Below are positions 54,601 through 64,000 of a stretch of 64,000 bases of DNA, piece by piece. This DNA is from Nemertoderma westbladi (lineage: Eukaryota; Animalia; Xenacoelomorpha). A program made the position numbers and the translations under genes. The stretch is from positions 1-64,000 of the forward strand of contig JAUCBJ010001989.1 of the NCBI GenBank assembly GCA_032718475.1. The letters are read 5' to 3'. Below the pieces are notes generated by a model, which worked only from the letters and a program-made list of their open reading frames with translations, ran no database searches and had not been told where the DNA came from. Position 1 is the first letter of the stretch. Every line of letters begins with the position of its first letter.

Positions 54601-57600
54601 TTTATATTGACTGACCCATAACTGTTGCAGTTATTATTGGTAAATTTCAGTTGTAAATAAAACTCTGTAGCATCAAAACAGTTAACTTCTTTCATCAAAA
54701 CAATTGAATACCCGTTTAGAGCAAAATAATTGTTCTTCAGATCTGGATTTATGAGATTAACTAAAGGCACTTTCCCTTTAAAGATAGTTGATATGTCCAA
54801 TAATGATTTTAATGGAGATGCATTGTCTGGAATAGACATTTCAGCATGGAATGACGGAATATCACAGCAAGGTTTCTTTGGAAGTTTGGTTGTACATGGA
54901 GTTGGTGTTGGTGTGGTTGAAGTTATTGGACAAGAAGATGCTCTATATGTGGTTGGACAAGATACTGGTAGTGAGGATACGGGAATATTTTCACATTTAA
55001 TATTAATCTTCACTGATCCATAGCCCCTACAGTTTAAATTTTCAAAAGATAGTTGAAGATACATGTCTATTATATCGTAACATTCGAGTTGATTAACAAT
55101 CATTAGTTGGTATGAATCCATTAGAAAGTAATCATTTTTTGGATCTCTGTTCCAGATCTTTATAGTTGTATGCGAGCCATGAAAATACTTAGCAAAGTTA
55201 TAAATAAGTGATGGTACTCTATCAATCTGACCATATATTGTCAATTCAGCATTGATTGTTGGTATTATGCAGCACTTTCCTGGAAGTTTTGTTGTACAAG
55301 GAGTTGGAGTGGGTGTGGTTGCAGTAATAGGACATGAAGTTGCTCTATATGTAGTTGGGCATGATACAGGTGTAGTTATAGTTGATATTTCGATGCAGTC
55401 TATATTTATATTCACTGAACCATAACTGTTGCAGTTATTATTGGTAAATTTCAGTTGTAAATATAACTCTTTCATAACAGAACAGTCAAGTTCTTTTATC
55501 AAAACAATTAAATACTCATTTAGAGCAATATAATTGTTCTTTGGATCTGGATTTATGAGATTAACTAGAGGAACTTTCTCTTCAAAGACAGTTGATAAGT
55601 CAAATAATGATGTTGCTGGAATTGTATTGTCTGGAATCGATAACTCAACATGGAGTGAAGGAATATCACAGCATGGCATAAGGGGTTTTGTTGCACAAGG
55701 AGTTGGAGTAGGTGTGGTTGCAGTAATAGGACATGAAGTTGCTCTATATGTAGTTGGGCATGATACAGGTGTAGTTATAGTTGATATTTCGATGCAGTCT
55801 ATATTTATATTCACTGAACCATAACTGTTGCAGTTATTATTGGTAAATTTCAGTTGTAAATATAACTCTTTCATAACAGAACAGTCAAGTTCTTTTATCA
55901 AAACAATTAAATACTCATTTAGAGCAATATAATTGTTCTTTGGATCTGGATTTATGAGATTAACTAGAGGAACTTTCTCTTCAAAGACAGTTGATAAGTC
56001 AAATAATGATGTTGCTGGAATTGTATTGTCTGGAATCGATAACTCAACATGGACTGAAGGAATATCACAGCATGGCATAAGGGGTTTTGTTGCACAAGGA
56101 GTTGGAGTAGGTGTAGTTGCAGTAATAGGACATGAAGTTGCTCTATATGTAGTTGGGCATGATACTGGTGTAGTTATAGTTGATATTTCAATGCAGTCAA
56201 TTTTTATATTCACTGACCCATAACTGTTGCAGTTATTATTGGTAAATTTCAGTTGTAAATAAAACTCTGTAGCATCAAAACAGTTAACTTCTTTCATCAA
56301 AACAATAAGATACTCATTTAGAGCAAAATAATTGTTCTTTGGATCAGGGTTTATGAGATTAACTAGAGGAACTTTTCCTTGAAAGACTGTTGATATATCT
56401 AATAATGGTATTGATGGAGATGTATTGTCTGGAATAGATAATTCAGCGTGGATTGATGGAATATCACAGCAAGGCTTTGGAAGTTTGGTTGTAAAAGGAG
56501 TTGGTGTTGGTGTGGTTGAAGTTATTGGACAAGAAGATGCTTTATATGTGGTTGGACAAGATACTGGTAGTGAGGATACAGGAATATTTTCACATTTAAT
56601 ATTAATCTTAATTGCTCCATAGCCCCTACAGTTTAAATTTCCAAAAGATATTTGAAGATACATGTCTGTTATATCATTACATTCGAGATGTTTAACAATC
56701 ATTAGTCGGTATGAATCCATTAGAAAGTATTCATTTTTTGGATCTCTGTTCCATATCTTTATGGTGGTATCCGATCCAGAAAAATATTTAGCAAAATTGT
56801 ACAATAATGAGGGTACACGTTCAATCATACCATTGATTGTCAATTCAGCATTGAGAGTTGGAATTGCACAGCACTTTATTGGAAGATTAGTTGTACACGG
56901 AGTTGGTGTCGGTATGGTTGCAGTGGCAGGACAAGATGTTGCTCTATATGTAGTTGGACAGGATACAGGAGTAGTTAGAGTTGTTGCCACAACACAGTCT
57001 GTAATTACATTTACTGACCCATAACTGTTGCAGTTATTGTTGAAGAATTTAAGTTCCAAATATAATTCTTTATTATGAAAACAATCAAGTTCTTTAATCA
57101 AAACTATTAAATAGTTATTTAGAGCAAAATAATTTTTCCTTGGATCAGGGTTTATGAGATAAACAGAAGGCAGCTTTCCAGTGAAAAATGTTGAAATGTC
57201 CAATAATGATGTTGCTGGAACTACATTGTCTGGAATAGATAATTCAGCATGGAGTGAAGGAATATCACAGCATGGCCTAGGAAGTTTTGTACTATATGGA
57301 GTTGGAGTAGGTGTGGTTGCAGCTATAGTACAAGGAGATGCTCTATATGATGTTGGACAAGATACTTCTGGCAAAGTTGCAGAAATTAGTTTACACTTAA
57401 TATTGATCTTTACTGATCCATAACCTATACAGTGGAAATTTGAAAATGAAAGTTGAAGATACATGTCTTCTATATCATTACATTCGAGTTGCTTAACAAT
57501 CATTAGTCTGTATAAATCTATTTGAAAATATTCATTTTTTGGATCTCTGTTCCATATCTTTATAGTGGTATCCGATTCAGGAAAATACTTAGCAAAGTTA

Positions 57601-60600
57601 TAAATAAGTGATGGAACACGAACAATCTGACCATAAATTGATAGTTCAGCATTGAGAGTTGGTATTATGCAGCAATTTCTTGGAAGTTTTGTTGTACATG
57701 GAGTTGGAGTTGGTATGGTTGCAGTAATAGGACATGAAGTTGCTTTATATGTAGTTGGACATGATACAGGAGTAGTTATAGTTGATATTTCAATGCAGTC
57801 TATATTTATATTTATGAACCCATAACTGTTGCAGTTATTGTTTGCAAATTTAAGCTGTAAATAAAATTCTTTTGTAACATAACAGTTAAGTTCTTTCATC
57901 AAAATAATTAAATACTCATTTAGAGCAAAATAATTGTTCTTTGGATCAGGATTTATGAGATTAACTAGAGGAACTTTTCCTTGAAAGACGGTTGATATGT
58001 CAAATAATGATATTGATGGAGATGTATTGTCTGGAATAGATAATTCAGCATGGAGTGAAGGAATATCACAGCATGGCCGGGGAAGTTTTGTTGCACAAGG
58101 GGTTGGAGTAGGTGTAGTTGCAGTAACAGGACATGAAGTTGCTCTATATGTAGTTGGGCAGGATACTGGTGTAGTTATAGTTGATATATCCATGCAGTCT
58201 ATATTTATATTCACTGAACCATAACTGTTGCAGTTATTATTGGTAAATTTCAGTTCCAAATAAAACTCTTTTATATCAGAACAGTCAAGTTCTTTTGTTA
58301 AAACAATTAAATACTCATTTAGAGCAAAATAAATGTTCTTGTGACCAGGATTTATGAGATTAATAAGGGGAACTTTTCCTTTAAAGACAGTTGATATGTC
58401 CAATAATGATATTGATGGAGATGTATTGTCTGGAATAGATAATTCAGCATGGAGTGAAGGAATATCACAGCATGGCCGAGGAAGTTTTGTTGTACAAGGA
58501 GTTGGAGTTGGTGTGGTTGCAGTAATAGGACATGAAGTTGCTCTATATGTGGTTGGACATGATATGGGAGTAGATACAGTTGATACTTCAATACAGTCTA
58601 TATTTATATTCACTGAACCATAACTGTTGCAGTTATTATTATTGGTAAATTTCAGTTGTAAATAAAACTCTTTCACATCAAAACAGTCAAGTTCTTTCAT
58701 CAAAATGATTAAATGCTGATTGAGAGCAAAATAATTATTTTTTGGATCAGGATTTATGATATTAACAAGAGGAACTTGACCATTAAAGATTGTTGATATG
58801 TCTAATAATGATATTGACAGAGATGTATTGTCTGGAATCGATAATTCAGCATGAAGCGAAGGAATATCACAGCATGGCCTAGGGAGTTTCGTTACGCAAG
58901 GAGTTGGAGTAGGTGTGGTTGCAGTAATAGGACATGAAGTTGCTCTATATGTGGTTGGACATGATATGGGAGTAGATACAGTTGATACTTCAATACAGTC
59001 TATATTTATATTCACTGAACCATAACTGTTGCAGTTATTATTATTGGTAAATTTCAGTTGTAAATAAAACTCTTTCACATCAAAACAGTCAAGTTCTTTC
59101 ATCAAAATGATTAAATGCTGATTGAGAGCAAAATAATTATTTTTTGGATCAGGATTTATGATATTAACAAGAGGAACTTGACCATTAAAGATTGTTGATA
59201 TGTCTAATAATGATATTGACAGAGATGTATTGTCTGGAATCGATAATTCAGCATGAAGCGAAGGAATATCACAGCATGGCCTAGGGAGTTTCGTTACGCA
59301 AGGAGTTGGAGTAGGTGTGGTTGCAGTAATAGGACATGAAGTTGCTCTATATGTAGTTGGACATGATACAGAAGTAGTTATAGTTGATATTTCCATGCAG
59401 TCTATATTTATATTCACTGAACCATAACTGTTGCAGTTGTTATTGGTAAATTTCAGTTCCAAATAAAACTCTTTTATATCAGAACAGTCAAGTTCTTTTG
59501 TTAAAACAATTAAATACTCATTTAGAGCAAAATAAATGTTCTTGGGACCAGGATTTATGAGATTAACTAGGGGAACTTCTCCTTTAAAGACAGTTGATAT
59601 GTCCAATAATGATATTGATGGAGATGTATTGTCTGGAATAGATAATTCAGCATGGAGTGAAGGAATATCACAGCATGGCTGGGGAAGTTTTGTTGCACAA
59701 GGAGTTGGAGTAGGTGTGGTTGCAGTAATAGGACATGAAGTTGCTCTATATGTGGTTGGACATGATATGGGAGTAGATACAGTTGATACTTCAATACAGT
59801 CTATATTTATATTTACTGACCCATAACTGTTGCAGTTATTATTATTGGTAAATTTAAGTTGTAAATAAAACTCTTTCACATCAAAACAGTCAAGTTCTTT
59901 TGTTAAAACAATTAAATACTCATTTAGAGCAAAATAAATGTTCTTGGGACCAGGATTTATGAGATTAACTAGGGGAACTTTTCCTTTAAAGACAGTTGAT
60001 ATGTCCAATAATGATATTGATGGAGATGTATTGTCTGGAATAGATAATTCAGCATAGAGTGAAGGAATATCACAGCATGGCTGGGGAAGTTTTGTTGCAC
60101 AAGGAGTTGGAGTAGGTGTGGTTGCAGTAATAGGACATGAAGTTGCTCTATATGTAGTTGGACATGATACTGGAGTAGTTGTAGTTGTTGACTCAATGCA
60201 GTCTACAATAATATTTACTGATCCAAAGCTGTAGCAGTTATTGTTAGAAAATTTAATTTGCAAATAAAACTCTTTGGTCTCAAAACAGTTAAGATTCTTC
60301 ACCAAAACTATCATGTAGTCTTTTAGAGTAAAATAAATAATTTTTGGCTCCGTGATTAAGAGATAAACTGAAGGCAGGTGTCCTTGAAGAGCTGCTGATA
60401 TGTCAAATAATTGCGCTGGTGGATTTGTATTTTCTGAAATAAAGATTTTAGCACTGAAAGAGGGAAGGTTACAGCAGCTAATTGGCAAATTTGTTGGACA
60501 TGGAGTTGGGGGAAGCATTGTAGGCAAAACCTCAAATGCAGGACAAATCAATGGACAGATAGGTCGCAGCAGCACTTCAGAAATAGATATTGGAAATCGA

Positions 60601-63233
60601 TCAGGTTCTAGAATATTACTACTTTTTAGTGCATCTTCAAGTTGATTACTAGTAGCAAGCTTCTGGTTTGATCTATCAATTGCAGTCAAAATAACTGCAT
60701 TGGTAGACAACAATGGATTACATTCGTTATCATAATGTTGCTTTATTGCATATATAGCTGTATTATATGAATTAGTAATTTCAGCATTTATAGCAGCTAA
60801 AAATTCACGCTCATTTGATGCAATTTCATCTCTACCTTCATTTGTAAGCAATATTAATTGGAATTCTTCATTTGTTACACACATATCAATCATAACCGTA
60901 TTGCTTTCTGAAGTTCCAATATCTGTAGCTTTGGCTTCACATTGGAAGCAATCGCCTTTTAGTGTTGTAATATAATCTGAGGTTCGCAATATGCCAGATG
61001 TTTTTTCAATAGCAAATAATGAACATTCAGTTGAGCTTTGTAGACTATATTCTGTTTTTCCATTGCCAACTTTATCAACATCACTTGTAGTTAGTGCTGC
61101 TATAAAACTATGTGGAGGTAAACAAGCATCAAAAATAAATTGATAAAGGCCTTCAAATTGTGGTGGATTATCATTTGTATCCAGAATGTTAATGTCAATA
61201 ATAGCTATAGATATGCATAATTCACCAATTAGATTTATTTTAATTGTATGCCTATTCTTAATTTCATAATCAGAACCTTTTATATCAATAGCTTTATTGC
61301 GAACTACAAAGTTATCAAAATCATTTCCACCATCAACTTTTTCAATTGTAATACTTTGCAAAGAAGCCAAGTTATCAAAATCATGCACTTCAACAAATTG
61401 TGTGTTTTCAGTTACTTCTGCAGTTTCATATAACCCATGGCACCAGTCTGGAAGTGGAGATGCACACAGAGTGGCGCATTTTGCTGCATCATGATGGTCG
61501 ATGTAATTCAAACCATTATCAAGGAGTTCTTTAGTTGTATCAGTCAGATCACTGCTTAGTATTGTATATATCTGTTTGGAGGACATCAGTACATACTTAT
61601 CACTGGAAGTAAAATCACCTAAACGTACTGCAGTAAATTCAACAGTGGTTTCACCAGCTTTGGGGTTACAACTTTGGTCATAACGTAAAGCTACATTTGT
61701 AATCATAATGTTGCGAAATGATTCTAAACTTAATGTACGCGAAAGTATTTGTTTTACTTCAGATATCGAATTTTCAACATCTTTTAGTGGATTATTGAAA
61801 TGCACACCAGCCACATTTGCATCAGTGTAAATACAAAGATTAGCATTTGTATTTTTTGTGTGACCATTGGCATCCACAACCTGTGGTGAGCATAATTTGC
61901 ATATACCAATGTCAGTTGAATCAGCCTCACTATCCATACGAACCATACCTGTACTCCCATGCACAGAAAATGGTAAACAATTTGGTAAACTGTAAGTAAG
62001 AGTATCTTTAGGATCAACATCTTGGGCAACAAGTTTAACAACATCAGTTCCCAATTTATCACATTTATTAGCAACACCAAAAAATGTATTCTCAGTAAAC
62101 CGAGGAAATTCATCGTTTATATTTGTCACCATTACAGTCACTGTAGCAAAACGTATACAATGCTGTAACAACACTTTAACACTAAGAACGTATTGAATTT
62201 CACCTGTATCAAAGTCAAGTGGAGAAAGTGTTACAATTTTATTTGGACTTTCTACACCAAATAAACCTTGTATGTCCCCTTTAACAATTTCAATTTCAGT
62301 TACACCTTCTATATTTATAATTCCAACTTCAGAATCAGCACTATTTTCTACTACATTGAATGTTTCATAAATAGCATCTGAAAAGATACATGATAACATT
62401 GGAGTTGTAGTAGGGCACTGTACTGGCTCAGCTGTTGTCATTATTTCATAATAATTTATATTTATATTCACTGACCCATAACTGTTGCAGTTGTTGTTGG
62501 TGAATTTAAGTTGCAAATAAAACTCTTTAGTATCATAGTAGTCAAGTTCTTTGTTCAAAAATATTATATAGTCCTCTACAGCAAAATAATTGCTCTTTGG
62601 ATCTGGGTTTATGAGAAAAACTGAAGGCAGTTTTCCTTGAAAGACTGTTGATATGTCCAATAATGATGTTGCTGGAACTGTGTTGTCTGGAATAGATAAT
62701 TCAGCATGGAGTGAAGGAATATCACAGCATGGCCTAGGAAGTTTTGTTGCACAAGGAGTTGGAGTAGGTGTGGTTGCAGTAATAGGACATGAAGTTGCTC
62801 TATATGTAGTTGGACAAGATACTGGCGCATGTGTTGTTGATATCATTATTTGACATGCAATGTTGATCAGCAGAGATCCATGCTGAAGGCAATTTCCTTT
62901 TTCAAATGAGAGTTGAAGATAAATTTCATTAACATTATGGCAATTAAGATCTCTTACAAGAACCAGTCTATTGAAATCTATTTCAAAGAAGTCGTTTTTA
63001 GGATCTCCATTACCTATATTTATAGTTACATCAGATTCCGATATATAGTCACCAAAATCCAAGATTGTAGATAGCGCATAACTGTCAGGCACATTCAGTT
63101 CAGAGTTCAGTGTAGTCATGCTGCAACAGTTGGGTGGTTGGGAGGTTGGGCATGGTGTAGGTCCAATCACGGTCTCTGGTGCTGTGATGCTCACTACCAA
63201 ATACCCACTTCTTATTGGGTCAACAGTCTCTGC
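45692..63233 (-). CDS. Giant cadherin-like gene, 17,542-bp internal exon: ~35 Cys/Thr/Pro-rich cadherin-like repeats plus 4 cadherin-cadherin-MAD modules
   Basis: Lies in the 5850-aa ORF. Acceptor AATTAATTTTAG|GCA at 63233 (phase 0), donor ATG|GTAAGT at 45692 (phase 1). Canonical cadherin motifs VVEN, LDFD, NINDEFPRF, AQDVD and DTNDNPPQF occur in two blocks. Confidence 0.95.
50312..62820 (-). repeat. Intragenic segmental duplication: ~2.65-kb blocks at ~50312-52962 and ~60170-62820 (offset 9858 bp, in frame)
   Basis: Paired ORF-track entries are offset by 9858 (50542/60400; 51926/61784). The DNA and protein are near-identical. Confidence 0.95.
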
Positions 63234-63339
63234 CTAAAATTAATTGGCATGAATTATTTCCGTAAATCACATTAATAGGATATTAGGTAATTAAAGATTG
63301 CACTCGACATACTGACTAACAGGGGGCTATTGTATATAT

Positions 63340-63468
63340 ATATAAAATAAACAGGTAAAACCTAGTCTTAAACGTGATTGTTAATATGAGCGTTAATGTC
63401 CTGATACTATGTTTTTTGTTGGTTGGTGGGGTTTAAAAGACTCTAGGTTTTACCTGTTTATTTGATAT
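63340..63468. mobile_element. Small MITE-like element with terminal inverted repeats
   Basis: AAATAAACAGGTAAAACCTAG (63345-63365) is the exact reverse complement of 63443-63463, in TA-rich flanks. A related internal fragment lies at ~34271-34310. Confidence 0.6.
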
Positions 63469-64000
63469 AAGGATATTAGGTGAAATATTACTATACACAT
63501 TTTAATGGAGTATCGAGTACATAATGGCTATAAAATATATTACTGTATTATAATCTAAATAGTAGCACTTCATTCATTCATTACTTCAGAGTATATTTCT
63601 TAGTAAAATCCTCCAATCAGCAATCAGAAAGCAGCATAGCCACACTGTAAGCTTTGAGAATAAGGCACATTAATTAGGTATTGTGAAGTTGCATTACAAC
63701 TGTATGGTTGACTTTTCAATAGGTACCGGTATGTTATGATAATATGGTATGTTATGTTAATATTCTAATAGAATATTTTTTTGTTGTATCTTTTACTTTC
63801 AATACTGTATACGAATAATACTACTAGCTATCATAATAACTATTTATATTTCGTTATTCACTGAATTAGAAATAAATTTTGAGTCAATTAATATAATTAT
63901 TACATCGCCCATGTGAAGAATTTGTGTTTTCACTTTTATTGTTTTTGGTTAGATGCAGCCCTTCTGAAACCAGTGGTTTTATTGAAAACCTGGTATTCTT

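Noticed and set aside
46147-62853. Recurrent + strand and off-frame ORFs inside the giant exon
   Set aside because: These are shadow ORFs repeated with the coding repeat, with no independent signal.
45648-63200. 5850-aa ORF as a complete single-exon gene
   Set aside because: The 'start' is a TTG inside an exon with an upstream acceptor at 63233 and no signal peptide. The C-terminal KLFSNLMKNKLHY is intron read-through.
63470-64000. Upstream exon of the cadherin gene
   Set aside because: No segment with convincing splice sites, phase and repeat similarity was found.

Overview
AT-rich eukaryotic (most likely invertebrate animal) genomic DNA with spliceosomal introns; it is not a prokaryotic window. 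Bases 1-~25774 are a head-to-tail 40-bp satellite (about 635 units, with higher-order duplications) interrupted once by a 315-bp insert that carries a 123-bp inverted repeat. Bases ~25734-63233 hold an 18-exon minus-strand stretch of one giant cadherin-superfamily gene. I traced it by hand: every internal junction is GT-AG and in phase, giving about 6900 aa in this window, with the start codon and any transmembrane segment outside it. The first exon seen is 17,542 bp. The protein combines about 35 Cys/Thr/Pro-linked degenerate cadherin-like repeats with seven [cadherin-cadherin-MAD/SEA-like] modules resembling the membrane-adjacent end of PCDH15/CDH23. The satellite starts exactly at the 3' end of the last visible exon, and most units carry a GTAAGT splice-donor consensus on the gene's sense strand. 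Introns contain RTE-like and CR1/L2-like LINE fragments, a tRNA-derived SINE-like element, MITE/DNA-transposon remnants, an LTR-like segment and a 29-bp minisatellite. Domain and family assignments come from motif recognition only; no database search was run.
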